Of a stretch of 64,000 bases of DNA, positions 1 through 13,900 are shown piece by piece; positions within the stretch are counted from its first letter, which is position 1; every line of letters begins with the position of its first letter. The notes beneath the pieces are model-generated. The model saw only the letters and a list, made by a program, of their open reading frames with translations, had not been told where the DNA came from and did no database searches. The stretch is from positions 2,810,587-2,874,586 of the forward strand of contig CAJINV010000010.1 of the NCBI GenBank assembly GCA_905178155.1, read 5' to 3'. A program made the translations under genes and the position numbers. The DNA is from Amoebophrya sp. A120. Taxonomy: Eukaryota > Protista > Dinoflagellata.

Positions 1-100
1 GCCTGGAATTCTGTGAAACTTCTGTTACTTCCGTGACTCAAAAATCCTTTCCTCTCCAACTCTTCCCTGCATCATCGCACAGCAAGCTTTTCCTGGTTGC

Positions 101-3100
101 TCACTGCGTCGCGCATTGGTCCTGCTCTCCCTGTTGAGTACTGTGGCCCACCGCGGCGCCCTGCATCTGTAATTTCTGCATCCGCTTCTGCTCCCTTCGC
201 TCCCGCCGGGCCCTGCGCTCCTCCTTCATTTTATCAAATGAAAAAGTATCGTACTCGTAGGAATTGCATTTATGCATGACAAACCTCGTTTTCAAGGTAA
301 ATCAGCATTTACAAAGTTAATTTGTAATGCTGGGTTAATTTGTAAATGCAATTTGTACTAGTACGATGCTTTTGCATTGCATACATTTTCGCTCGTTCCA
401 ATTCCGTCATAGCCGGGCTGGGCATCAGTTTCTTGGAAATCGGCATGGAGGGATTAGTAGAAGAATTTCTGCCCCCATTACTGTGTGGGCCACCGCCACC
501 TGGGTAGTTACTTGTCATCTCCGAGTTGAACAGAAACCCGACGTGCACCTCTGACGGAACGGAAGTCGCTAGGCTGGTGACGGATTCAGGGGGAGCGCGA
601 GAGTTACTTAAGGGGTCATGATTGTTGTTCGTGTGGGGCTGGACTCCTGATCTGCTAGCACTAGTACCGGAACGTCCACCTCGCGGGTGCCCACTTTCAT
701 CTGGAGGTGCAACTCCTGCTCCACGGCCTCCAGCTCCGTACTTGTCCTGCGCAAGAACGCGCGCATTGTAATCATGGACGCTGGGTGTCGGCTTCGGCAT
801 CATCTGCTCAAATTCCTCTCTCCGGCTGGCAAGATCGATGTTGAATTTTCTCGCTTCTTGGTCTGCTATGCGTTATGCACTGCAAAAGCATCGCACTCGT
901 CGTATTGCAATACAAATTAGCTCAGCATGACAAATGGAATTAATGGAATTTGTCATGCTGATTTAGCTTGAAAAAGAAATTTGTAATGCATAACTGTAAT
1001 TAGTACGACTACGATACTTTTGCAGTGCATATGCGTTTTAAAGCGGCGATTTCGTCTTCTCGATGGCGGAGTTTCTTTTTCAAAAGAACCATCTCTTCTG
1101 CGTCCAGCTGATAAAGGTTTTATTCATTCTGTGATCATTTTAGGGTGAGGATTTTCTCCATGTAAGTACGTACGAGAATCGCTTAAATAAAATGCGAGAT
1201 TATACGATTAAGAGGCGTATTCGTATTGAAAACCATGAGTGGTCGTAAAGTAACTACAAGTCATTTATTATAGGAGGTCCTCCAACTAGTGTACCTTCGC
1301 CACCTCGAGATTTTCCCTTGCGTGATCCAATTCCTTCCTACAAGCCCCTAATTCCTTCTCTACCGTCGCAACCTCGTCTTTCAAACTGGAAATTTCTCTT
1401 GCAGAAGCCGCTTCACTTTCGCTTTCCTTCACCTTCATCTCTTCCTTTTGTGCGATTGTTCTTTCCCGCTCCGCGCTTTCGTATTGCTCCTCCAATTGTT
1501 CGATTTTTTCCTGCAATCGCTTGACGACACTGGTGTGGGTTTTTTCTTCGTCATTTTTGTCATCCAGGTTGGACTCCAGTTCGGTGATCTTGGCTTTTAG
1601 TTTTGAAACCTGCTGTTGATACTGGGAATCTTTCGTATTGGTTATCTGCTCCAACTCGTCTCTTGTTTTCCTCAGCTTGCTCAGTTCGTCCCGAAGATCC
1701 TCAGCCTCGCGGATTGCGGAAGTGGAGCCTGGGGTTTGTGATGCAGGAGCGTCATGGCATTGGCATTCTCGTTTTTCATGGCAGATGATGTTCTGCTTCA
1801 TGGCACATTGTACGTAGAAAGATAGAAGTAGAATCTTCAATGCGCTGCGATATATTATAATTACCAGAAAACAATTCCACGACAAAGAAGAAAGAAGCGG
1901 TATACGTGCCACAGCGTCTTCCAGCTGTTTGACCAAGGATTGGATTTGGTTTTCTTTCGTCGACACTAATTTCTCCACTTCTTCACGCTTCGATTTTTCC
2001 TTCTCCAATTTCTTTTCAAACTCGACCTTCCCATATGAAAGTGCACAACTCCCCCTCCCCCTCATTTGTATTGCATGAACAGCAACACAAGCATCAGCAA
2101 GAATACAGGTTTTGCATGAAAAATTTGGACAGGCGTGTAGTGCTATTTGGGCTGCCAGAGCTTATCACGCAAACAGTGCCAAGAGCCTAGGCGTAAATTT
2201 GGCATTTTGCATGACAAATAAGGTGGAGGGGGAGTTGTGCACTCTCATATCCCACTCTCGATCCCCCGCTTCAACGCCACAAGTTCCTATCGCAAGAAAA
2301 AACTGTTTCACTGCAAACTTGTAATGCAGAAACTGTAACTCAGAAGTGTTTGTTTTGCTACACCTGCAGTAAGACAGGCGATTCTTAGCTTTGTTTTCCC
2401 TTAGGAACCTCGCATGGCAAGTTTTCCCTGTCATGTAGAGCAAACTTGTGATGCATAGCTTGCAAAATCCTTACAGTGAAACACTATTTTCGTACGATAG
2501 CTCCGCGTCCTGGGATAACAATGCGTCCTGCTGACCGGAGATTTCCTTTTTCAATTTCGTGATTTCTTGCTTACTAGTGTGCATTATTTCCTCCGCTTTC
2601 CTCAGTTGCGTCTTGACCCCAGCTACTTCCTCCTCCTTGTCTTCACTGACTCTCTCGACTTGTTGCTTCAATTTTTTCACCTTGAGCTCTAATTTCGTCA
2701 CTTCCTCTTGCTTGTCCGTTAATTGCGTGATCAGCTGCTCTTTCTGTTTCATCGCATTATTGCTGTTCTCCGCATCGTGTTTGTTTTCCGTTTCGAGCAA
2801 AACCCTTAACTCCTTCACCTGTTTCTCGTATTTCTGCTCGGAAATCTTCATCTCCTCTTCCTTCTCCGCGATAATTTTGGCGAGATTCTTCTCGAAAATA
2901 ATCTTCTCCGTCTTCACTGCTTCACTTACACTTGTTTTGGCGGAGGTGAGTCTCGCTTCAATGGTCACGATTTTGTGCTCGAGTTGGTCAACTTCGGACT
3001 GTTTCTGTTCTAGTTCGGACTGGAGCGTTTGGATTTTTTGTTCGTAGCTTGCGGTGAGTTTTCTGTTCTCTTCCTCCGCGAGTGCTAGGAGCTTCTCCTT

Positions 3101-5718
3101 ATTTTCGGATTCTTTGGAAGTAGTGGCTTCGGTATTTTTCTGCAGTTGTGTTTGCTCTCTCTGCTCCGCCAAGGCCTCGGTGAGGGACTGTTGAGATGAG
3201 ATTTTGATATTTGAATTTCTCATGCAAAAACTGGAAATGCCTCACCTTCTGTGTCTGTCATGCATGAGTGTGGAACGGAAGAAGATGAAAAAGAAACCTA
3301 CGATCAATACCGCTATCCTCTTTTCGAGTGCGCGTTTCCCAACCATCGCTTTATCCTTAAACTCGGCCAGCTCTTCCTCGGCCTTCCGGCACTTTTCCAG
3401 ATCCTGTTGCCTCGATTCTACTACGGTTTCCAGCCTCTCGCGCATCCGGCTAATCATCACGGAGTTCTCCGACTCCCGCCGCTCGGAGGCTGGATTTTTA
3501 GAATCATGTCGTACCAAATCGCCTGTCAACTTGTCATGCAAAAACTCCATCAAGCGATGCAAATGTATCAACTCGATAAAACACTACTTCTTCTTGCAAG
3601 ACGAATCTATACCGTCTTGCTCTTCCCGCAGCTGTCTCCGGAGGCTTTCCAGATCTAGAATACCCTCCCGTTCTTTATCCAGGAATTGATTCTGCTTCGA
3701 TCGCAACAAGTTCTGCACGTGGTCTAGTTCGCCCCGGGTCGCGTCTGTGATTTTGACAGGAGAAAAACAAAAGTCGTTTCTCTGTGATGCTCAAGATCGC
3801 ATGGTAAGCAAATAAAGTGCCTATCATGATGCGGTCATGCAAGACAACTTCTCATTTTTATTGAAAACAATATTGATTTAGCTCTGCGATACCGAGTTCC
3901 AATTTTTGCAATTCGAAGTCCTTTTTCAGCTCACTCAGCGTATCTTCCAATTCCTCCACGTCAACTTGCGCATGAAAGTCTCCATTTCCTGCAGCTCCCG
4001 TCGTGCTCGTTGCCATCGTTTCACACGTCGCCATCAAAATCGAACTGCTCGACTGCTTGCTCGAAGTGCTTTTGCTGTGCTTCTTCTGCATCGAGCTGAC
4101 CAGAACCCGCACCTCCTCCTCGATGAGATAGGAAACGGCACAGATGCTTACGCTCTCCTGCTTCGTGACGAATCTTTTGCGCAGGCGAGACCAGTACCTC
4201 ATATGGATATGAATTGTTTTTATGTGTTTTGCCATGCATCTATCGTTTTAGTTTTCTCCTTCTCGAAAAGCGGCACAAATTTTAAACCACTTCATTGTCC
4301 AGCGGCATGGCAATCGATAATGCCTTTGCATGACAAAAAATGCAAAAAAATACCCTGCTTGTTTCTTCGGCGCCGTCTCTTCAATCAGGCCCAAAATGTC
4401 CAAAATCGTCCGCGTCGCTACGACCGGTGCTCCTCCGCCTGCAGGTGCAGCAGCGGTGTTTCCACTGTGAGACATTACAGCGCCACGGGCTCCATGTTGA
4501 GATGAGCTATTTCCACCGCTTGCATTTTTCACCGCCTGCAGGATTCTGTTTCGAAAAACTTGAAAAAGCCCTATCTGGTCCAGATCCGGCCGGATCTCCA
4601 GCCCGCTCCGCTGCTGGAAGAAACGGTCCATAGATTTCCAATAGGACAAAAAATCTACAGTGTTGTCACCACCATTACCAGCTCCAGCAGAGGAAGAAGA
4701 ACTCGCACTATTCGCGATCTTGCAGTCCCGCAATATTTCCCCAATCTGCTCCGGTTGGTGCTTCAGATGCGAGGTAAGCACCTGCTTCAATTTCCCTTCG
4801 TCGCAACTCCTGGTCGCCGAGTCGTTCACCGCTAAATCAAAGACCTGCAGAATTGCCGGCAGGATGGAAAGGAGGTAGGAGTTAATATTTTCTGATAGTA
4901 TGTTCGTCGACATTGATGTTGATGCCGTTGTAGCTTTGCTGCTGGACAAAAAATCGTGCTGGTGCAGCCCACTGGTCGTGATGTCTTCATGCACAGCAAC
5001 ATCTACACCCGCAGATCCCCGACGAGAACAATTTGCGGAGGGTTCTCCACCCCCCGTTCGGGTGGTGGAAAATGAGGATGAGCTGGAGGACGAAGATCTT
5101 GTTGCGGAAGTATCCCACGAAAAAACTGTTTCACTGTGATGCATTTGCAAGATCCGCATTACAAGTTTGCTACACATGACACAGAAAACTTGCCATGCGC
5201 GCTTCCCAAAGGAAAACACGCTGAAAAATCCAATGCGTTGGAGGTGTAGCAAGACAAATAGTTCAGCGTTCCATTTCATGCATCACAAGTTCACAGTGAA
5301 ACAGTTTTTTCTTGCGATAGGAAGAAAACCCGGACTGCGCGGACTCCTTGGACGAAGAAGCAGAAGCGTATTCCCTGAAAATTAACAATCCCCATCCAAT
5401 TTGTCATGCAAGACATGCAGAAAAGTATGTGTTTGTCATGCGAAAAGTTGATGGGGATGGTTAATTTTCATGGAATAAAGCGGTTTTAACATTCATCCGC
5501 GAAGTACTAGAACTTGCCCCGTTGTACAACCTGCTAGAAGACGAGGGCTGTCGAGAAGAAGAGGCACTTGAAGATGACGATCCACCCGCGCCTGATGAAG
5601 ACGAGGACAGCATCATCCCGCGATTCGCGCGGAGATGAAGGTGGTCGCCAAAATCGAGCGAGTAGTGCTCGGGCATGTTCTGGGGGGTGGTAGAGGAGGA
5701 ATTGGTTGTGCTCGGCAT
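101..5718 (-). CDS. Multi-exon long coiled-coil protein with a degenerate EF-hand-like N-terminal region
   Basis: ORFs 5461-5718, 4248-5279, 3858-4235, 3242-3571, 2471-3223, 1286-2065, 309-803 and 101-295 join after removing 6 introners and several GT-AG introns (e.g. ELERAKM|KEERR, QDAE|LVALKRGIESG|KVEFEK). E/K/Q-rich heptads. Confidence 0.75.
232..383. mobile_element. Introner family A
   Basis: TIR tat-N5-g(c)aaaagtatcgtact; TSD cattt. Confidence 0.9.
874..1031. mobile_element. Introner family A
   Basis: TIR tatgcactgcaaaag; TSD tgcgt. Confidence 0.9.
2034..2249. mobile_element. Introner family B
   Basis: TIR tatgaRagtgcacaactccccctcc; TSD tccca. Confidence 0.9.
2288..2499. mobile_element. 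Introner family C
   Basis: TIR tatcgcaagaaaaactgtttcactg; TSD gttcc/gctcc. Confidence 0.9.
5111..5319. mobile_element. Introner family C (opposite orientation to 2288)
   Basis: Family C TIR; TSD ggaag. Confidence 0.9.
5369..5477. mobile_element. Introner family D
   Basis: TIR tattccMtgaaaattaac..atccc; TSD aagcg. Confidence 0.85.
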
Positions 5719-6640
5719 GATGGACGAGAGCTGCGCCAGGGGCAGTTAACCACGGTGCTTTGAATTAGGAGACCCTGTCCTCCATATTTATATGTAAGTA
5801 GCTAGCTGAGCACGACCATGAAGTTGCTTCTACATCTACTTTTGCTAGGTGGCTGATCATGCACCAGTGCACCGCATGTTGATCCCAACTTTTTCATCTG
5901 ACGAGACTGACACGACTGAGACGACAAAGTTCGTCCTCATTGACGGCGTCACTCAACGCGCATTTCTTCTCTCTTTGAAAATAGGAATTGTCCAATCTGA
6001 GACCAGATCCAGGACATCTCTTTCATGGGAGCGAATGGTGGGTGCAGCTCACGAAGGGAAGGCACAAAGCGGCCACGAATCTATACGATACAGAAACGAT
6101 CGTGAATTCGACGCAAAACTACAGAAGCAACCAAGCGAATCGACATCGAGTCACAGTCACGAGCACGCCCGAGTAGGCGTATTTTTCATGCTAGCGACGT
6201 CTAGGTAGTAGTACAGCTCACAGAAGAACAAGAGGAAAGCAGTGTCGTCGTGCACGTGTCCAGTGGAGGAGGTCAAGGTCTACCTCGACATCAACTTCTT
6301 GCGCGCGACTAATATATCTGTTCTGATAAATAATTGGCTCTAGCTTCGATCGTCGAGGTCCTTTTTGTAATTTCCAGATCCAGCTCGTGGAATTTCGTCC
6401 GTCGACGCAAACGTCCAACTATCGCGAATTTTTGTTTTCAAAAAAATTAAGTTGTACGTACTTAGTTCTTTGATACGATAAACTGTCTTCGTTGCATGCT
6501 GTTCAAATTTGGATACTAGGCTTGTTTGACTTCTGATTTTGCAAATAGTTCAGTGGTATCGGGTTCTTCAGACTGGATCCGTATTGTACTTTTGTAAACA
6601 TGTTGACCATCAATTGACTTGTTCTCTCCTGGTAGCCAAT

Positions 6641-9600
6641 CTACGGTGGCGTCCCCTCCGGCGTCTCATTTACCGGTGACATCATCTTTCCCGCCCCACC
6701 ACCGCTTTTCCCGTTTGTTTGCCCCGCGGTGCCTCGTGGCGTCTCCGGCACGTTTTCCCCGGTGTCTAACGACCTACCCGGCATTTTGCCGTATCAACTG
6801 CAAATATGTCCTCTGGGTCTGGAAGAATGCAAGACTTGTCATGCATATTTCTCATGACCCATGATGCCTGTAATGCATGACCTAGCATCACAGACTTTTG
6901 GAGGGCTCCCTGATGCGCCTTCGGAATTAGAAATGCCCTGTCCGCGACGTAGCACAAACTGGACCCCTCTTGCTTGTCATGCAATACAAATTTTCCTAGA
7001 ATCCAAAAACAGCATCACAAGTTGCATCCTTCCAGACCCAGACATATTTGCCTTTGATATGCCGAGCGCTGGAACGAAATTAGGTCGCGGTTTGTTCGCC
7101 GGAATCGTGGTTGGCAGGTTGTCGCTCTGGTGTGTTTTTGTATTGCACAGTAGCATGCTGGTGGTCCAAGCGGAGAAAAATCTAAATTGAAGCGGCTTGC
7201 ATTACAACGAAAATATTTTGAACATTTTCATCACTTAAACTGATACCCTTCCACTACTGGCCGGCTCACTTGGCGTATCAGGCGGCGTGTATTCCGTCGC
7301 CGATCGTTCTGCCGGTGTCCCATCGCCACCGCTCTCGTCCGCTCCCAGCGTGTATGGATCGCAAATATGTCTGGGTCTGAAAACTTGTAATGCTAAAAGT
7401 AAAGGATAAACGCACTGCAGTACGCAGCTATGCATGACAAATTTATTTTTGGCTGCCATGTCTTACGTATTCCGCATAGCAAACTGCGTTTTTGCATCAC
7501 AGGTAAGAGGGCCTCTTCATCGTGGCTATGCAACACAGATTCTTCAGTCATGCCAGACAAGCATGACAAACTTGCACTCTTCAGACCCAGACACTTTTGC
7601 ATTTGATAGCGTGACTTTCGGATTCTGTTGCATCTCATCCTGTGCAAAAGCATCGTGCCCGTAGTGATTGCAATTATGCATATACAAATCTCTTTCTCAA
7701 GACAGATCAGCATTACAAATTTAATTTGTGATGCTGGACTAATTTGTAATGCATTTATACAAGTACGTGTACGAAGATACTTTTGCAATCCATACATCTC
7801 CTGGATGTTCAGTATCGGCATTTTCACTTTCGCCTTTGGTCTCGACGCTGATAGTTGTGCAGCATTCATCGTAGAAGTCGCGTCAGCGGCGGCATCTTGC
7901 TGTTCGATTCCCCCACGCGCACTGGCCTGCGCCTGCTTTTCCTGGTTTTTTCGCTTCTTTTTCAACTTCTTCGCGTTGTTCTTCGCGGTTGAGGTCGAAG
8001 AGGACGATGCGGCGCTACCGGTCAGATTGTCCTTCGGTTTCCCGTTATTTGTACCACCAACTGCAGAGTTCATCGGCGTCGCATCACTATCCTCCGTCTG
8101 ACTCTCCCCGGGCAAAGAGCTCCGCGCCGAATCCTGGGGTTGGGAAGACGAATTTTGAGAACGCGAGCTCGCGGGGGCGGGTTGTGCTGTTCCTGTAGCA
8201 GCTCCGAGGTCGATCATTGGAGGCTTTACTACGCCAAAGTTGTTCTTCCCTGGGGATCCTTGAGACAGTGGCGTCTTTGGCCTCAGCTGGACTGGCGGCG
8301 GGGTCGTACTGTTTTCCTCCTCCTTCGTCACAGAGTCCCTGATCACCGGCTTGACAAACTGCTTTTTCGCAGAGCTGACTTTCGGGTTTGGCGAAGAAGA
8401 AGTCTTGGATGATGTTCCCGAAGTAGTTTTCGCCTGTGGAATAACACCTTCCGCTTGCTTCTCCGCAATGCGGTCTGGTGGTTTGAAACCCAACCCCGCC
8501 GTACCGTCGTCGTCTGCGGAAGCGGCGTGCGGGGGCGCGTCGGTTATTTTTGTTCCTGCTGGAACATCAACTTGTGTTGCTGTTTTCGCTTCCTCAGCTC
8601 GTTCCTCTTCCTCGACTAACTTCGTTGCCTGGTGGATCATCTGCTGCTTCAGCTGGACCAGCTCCTGTTTGTGCGTCAAAAATTATTTGTGTTGAGCTTT
8701 GTCATGCAGAAACTGGAAAATAGACCAAATCTGTGATGCGTGGACAACATGCAAGAGGAACCAGCCGGTGTTGAACTTTACCAGGTTTTGGATCGAGTTC
8801 GCGGCTATTTGCTGGTCGTGGATCAAATGGGCCTCGCTCAGCTTCTTGTTGAGGTCCTGTAATGTGAAATTACCTTTGTATTGCGAGATACTTAGGCATA
8901 GGTCATGGCTTGTGCTTGGATAATTCATTGCATCACCATTCCGCATGACAAATTACCATGACGTGATATAACAACAACGCATGCCAACATGTGCACATGA
9001 CAAAAAACAGCTCAAATAAAATCATACCTCCAGCCGCCTTACTTGTTTCTTCAGCTCTATGTTCTTCTCCTGCATTTCAAAAGGCGTTCTTTTCGTCCTC
9101 AATTCTTTCATCGCATCCTCTAGATCCGCGCACTTCAGCTCAGCCTCGAGAAAATCCTGCATCAGCTTGGCGTTTTCGGGGTTTATGAAAGTGAAATGAT
9201 ATAGGAGGGGTTTAGTACCTCTAATATCTGCGTCGATTCGACGCAGCGCGACGAATTCGACTTTTGTTTGTCCTCTGATATCATGCATGTTCCTGTCCAG
9301 AATCTTGTTCATCATGTTGGGTGGTGCTAGTAATCATCTGGTCATGCAAGTAGCGACAAAGAGGACGAACCCAGGAGAAATAGCCTCCCCGACGCGCCGC
9401 ATTTGATAGCCTCCGCCTGTGCCAGCCGCTGCCCCATCCACATTAGCTGTAGTCAGTATTAGTTTCTCTTATCTCTTTCTTGGTGGAATTCAAATTCATC
9501 GAAGATGGTATCATGCGCATTCTTGATCCTAAATTCATTGGCATCACACATTCAAAAGTACATGCGCACAGTGCAATACAAATCCAAATTATTTAGTCCT

Positions 9601-10090
9601 CCTCCTCTGTACCTGGTCAAACTTCATTGGCAGCTCGTCAAACGCGACCAGGAGTATGGTACGGAAACACTGACTCAAGTCAGCAATGTCAATGATCATG
9701 ACAATAACTGAATTTGTCATGCGAAGTAGGACCTTTAAGGCCAATAGAGGCTGCTTCTCTGCAATACAAATTCAAAGACCTCCCCGCTGACGAGTCAGAC
9801 TCCTACTACCCTTCCATAATCAAGGTCTCGTCACTCCCCACGACGTAATTTTCTGGATCCTCAATCCTTTTCACGCTATAAGCCGACACCTTCTCCACGT
9901 TCGGCAGCGAGCACATGTTGTCGTGAAACTCGCTTAGGATTTCTGATGCGGTTGGGGAGGAAGTGGAACTTGATCCAGCTTGTTTATTTGTGCCACCAAA
10001 ATCCGCCAGAACCCGGTCGGTCGGCATGCCCCAGAGGAGCGTCCCCCCGTGCGGGGCCGTGGAGCTGCTGCTGCTGCTCTGGGAGGGCAT
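6641..10090 (-). CDS. Multi-exon protein of unknown function (coiled coil plus S/T/P-rich low complexity)
   Basis: ORFs 9806-10090, 9022-9315 and 7393-8679, plus spliced NIQEM|QQNPKVT|LGADES. Last exon ends ...EGTPP-TAG at 6641. Exons at 9330-9800 not resolved. Confidence 0.6.
6792..7059. mobile_element. Introner family E
   Basis: TIR tatcaa..gcaaatatgtctgggtctggaag; TSD tgccg. Confidence 0.9.
7353..7608. mobile_element. Introner family E
   Basis: Family E TIR; TSD gcgtg. Confidence 0.9.
7636..7794. mobile_element. Introner family A
   Basis: Left end cat instead of tat; TSD catct. Confidence 0.85.
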
Positions 10091-10971
10091 TTTTTGATCT
10101 CTGTTGCGACCTTGACAGTCGGTGCAAATGTTGACGCTGCGTGTATGTGCGTCCTGTTGTTGTAGTTGTTATTCTCGAATCTTAAGAGTTCGGCTTGTCG
10201 GACTCCTTTCTTTTTTTTTGAGATTATCTCAATGCAGCTATTTCGCTACTTCGCGCAATGGAATGGATCCACTTGCACTTACTTTCAATTAAAAGCTGGT
10301 AAATAACATTTTTATTTCTGTTCGTGCTGGAGTTCTAACATACGTAACAGAAAGTGAGTCCAGAAGCAAGATACGAAAACAAGCAGTGCCATTTGGTGGA
10401 AATTTTTTTCTCGAGACCAACGCCGGAGCTAGACGAAAAGTCAAAACACAAGCTGACACGTGATAACAAGCTCAATTACATCCAATTTCAGGAACACAAA
10501 CTTCGCCATCGTGCCCTGCCCTCCGCTGGCGACCAACGTCTGCAGGGCCCATAATTTTCTTTTCTGCTTCAGCTTCTCAGTTGCTAATCGCACAATGCCT
10601 CGGTTTTTCATCTTACATAACGTGCTTTCTGGTCGCAGAATTTGGCCGAATACGAGTAGTAAAAACAACACAAAAATAAAAGCAAAGTGCGACTTTCTAG
10701 TCCTGGCATGGAGTCCAGCTATGTTCTGATCTAAATCTACTTTTTTCTCGTGGTGCATCCTGCAATTTTGGATCTTTCTTGAAAATGGAGTTTGAAATTG
10801 AAACATAAGACTTTTGCTCTGTATGCTTGCTTCAAGATGAAGCATATCTCTTGCTGCAATTTGTGACAAATCTATTAACTCTTTCTTGGAAATAATCCAC
10901 GAGTGGTGGTCTATCTGCATCATTCTATTGTTAGTGATAACTGCCCTGATCTTCAACTACCGACGCTTCGC

Positions 10972-13900
10972 CTACTCTCCCACCTCGGTCATTTCCTTGT
11001 ACCAATGCGCCAGGATTTATCCACAGAAAGAAGCCCATCCGCATCCAATTTGTAATGCAAAACACGTATAAAGTCCTTGGTTTGTCATGCAAAAACTGGA
11101 TGAGGATGGTTTTTTTTCTGTGGATAGGATTTCCTCCGGACTGGCGTAATCCTTGTAGAATTCCTGCACCTCCTCAAACGTGTAGACATTCCCGTCGCCC
11201 GGATCGTACCGTCGGTCGGTTGGTTCCGGCACAGGAATTTCTTCTCCTTCCTGCGGATAAAGATCCTCTACTCCTCCAGCACCGGAACCGGAAGCATCCG
11301 GCTGATCGTCGTTGTAAGCGTCTTGCTGACCTGGACCTCCTGCTCCATCCTGCTGTTCAGCTTGCTGCAATGCTGGTTGTAGTTCCCCAACAAGAAGCTC
11401 AGTCTCATCTACCCCGGCCAACATCGCGTCCATTTCTTCCGCTACTTGCGTTTCGTCCAGACTCAGATCGATCAGCCGAGACGCCCGGATCGCCGGGGGC
11501 CACTGCGCATTCGGGGAGCGGGTGGCGGTTTTTCTGGAGTTGTTTTTCGTATTTGAGGAAGCACTTGGAGCAACAGCAGCACTATCGCTAGGCTCATCAT
11601 CGTCATCCCTCTTGTTCTTTTTCAACAACCCCGTTGCCTTGCAAATGTTCCACGCAGCGACAAAATTTTCCACCTCGCGCTGCACGTGCATGTGCAGACC
11701 GTCGGTTTTGCCATCCTCGAGAGCCCGCTTCTTCCAAATGAGCTTCCGCAACCTCCGCACAACCTTCACGATTTTCAGGAAGTCGAGAATTGCAGTTTGG
11801 TCCGGATCCGCCGCGTTTTTTTCTCCAAGGACTACGGTGCCACGCTTGGTCTCCCAGTTTCTGATGTGTGATTTTTGCAGGAGGAGAATGTTTGTCATGC
11901 GTGACGGCAACAGTAAAAGCGATTGCTATTGCATCACTTTTCCAAGTTATGCATCACAAACCCAAACTTAAACTTTCCACGTCTGTCAATATACCTTCTC
12001 AAGTGCGACACCGGGAAGATATCCAGATTGCTCTTCTCTCCCTTCACCATCGCGGCCAGTGTGGGCGGTTTCTCTTTCTCTCGGAACTTCGTCATGATCT
12101 TCACTCCCCCGGGAAGTTTTTCGTCCCCATCCTCCTGCTTGATCCACGTGCTGAGTCCGAGTTTCACGTGGTACAGAAACGGTTTCTTGCGCAAGGGGCA
12201 AAACGCTTCGAGCCACCCGGCCCGGAACGTCTTGGCAATATCCGAACTCCACCAGGGGTGTTTGTCGGTCAGGAACCGCAAATTCCGGATCCTCTTCACG
12301 CCCATCCGCGCCGCGATTGCCTCGGCGAAGATGAGTTTTTCCGCTTTAAATCTGCAAGCCACCTCCGCTTCCTGCTCGGTGGGGAAAAGAAAGAAGAAAT
12401 TCACTTCGGTGAGTCTATCCTGCGCAAAACAATTTATGATTATCGCACTCGTGGTAATTCTAATTGCAGTCATGCATTACAAATTTTCTTCCTAAGGTAA
12501 ATCCGCATGACAAATCTGATTATTCATGCTGAGGAAATTTGTAATGCATTTATACGAGTACGATACTTTTCCTTTTGCAATGCATAGAGTCTTCTGGACG
12601 ACAAGAGTGGGTTATCAGCGTCGATTTTGATCTCAGTCCGGAGGATTTTTGGTTGCTTCTTTGCGGCGGCTGTTCCTGTTGTGCCACTGGGGCTCGCGGC
12701 GGTTGTAGCAGTCGCTTTCGTATCGCTTCCGCTATGCACTGCAGAAGTATCGTACTGGTAGTACTTGCACGACAGATCTGCATTCTTACTTGAATCCGCA
12801 CCACAAATTCGAAGTTTCCTTCTGAAGCATATTTATTGTTCTGCAAGTACTACTAGTTCAAATACTTTTGCACAATGCATAGCCGCTTTGCAGAATACCG
12901 CTGATCCATTCGACTACCCAGGGACCGAGGAGCTTTTCGTCAAAATTTTCTGTCACGTGGAAACAAACGCGAAGGGTGCCGTAGAACTCGGAAATGATTC
13001 CACTGTACCGGAGTTTGCTGCCTGATAAAGTGATTTGATATGTTGTTTGTAGTGGCAGTGGCCTCTCGATAATTTATCGAGAGGCCAATTCGACCATGCA
13101 GTGGCCTCTCGAATTCACGACAAGGTCATCTTCAACGGTTACAGGAAAAATTATCTCACGCATACTTCTCGGTATTGCATCACACATCAAAGCTCGCTGC
13201 AAGCAGCCGGACAATCAATACTTCCCAATCCGTTTTTTGCCCCTAACTTCAGTCTGCTCTCCAGCTCGCTGGTTATCCTTTTCAAGTCGCTTCTCCTCTG
13301 CGTCAGCGCCAGTTCCAGTTTGTGATTGTGCACCCGTAGTAATTCCATCGCCACTGCCGTATAAAAGCCCTCTTTCGCAGCCTTCGTTTCCAATTTCGCA
13401 ACCTTCGCATTTGTGTCTCGGATCTTGTGCCCATCCGGACTGGCAGCCTGCATCGCAATGTCGAAGGAAGTCGCCATGGAATCCTCCCGCTCTAGCAGCT
13501 CTTTATCGTGTGTAAAAACGTCCCCACACCATAGTTGTCATGCAAATCTGCATGCTTGAAATGTTTCTCATGCGGAGCCCCATGAGAAGCATTTTCGTAA
13601 TGGTGTTTTGAAATTTGTCATGCTCCAATCAGCATGAGAGACTAGATCTGTAGTGCTGCTGAACTAGCTCAAACAGCACTACACTACGCGTCCAGATTTG
13701 TCATGCGAAACAGCCAAAGCTTGTGGATTTGTCTAGCCGATTCCCCATCTTGACTATGGCGTGGGTACGTGTTTACATAGGATACTCTTTATCCAAAACT
13801 TTCTGCTTTTTCTGCCATGTTTTCGTCGTGTTGAGATTGTGGGAAACGGTATTGGAAGAAGAACTCCTCGTCGCTTCCTGCATCTTCTGCAGGGCTTTGG

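Noticed and set aside
227-388. Rule that every introner obtains a G or GT donor from its TSD
   Set aside because: True here, but several sense-strand TSDs (5111, 11018, 39706, 57044) have no G.
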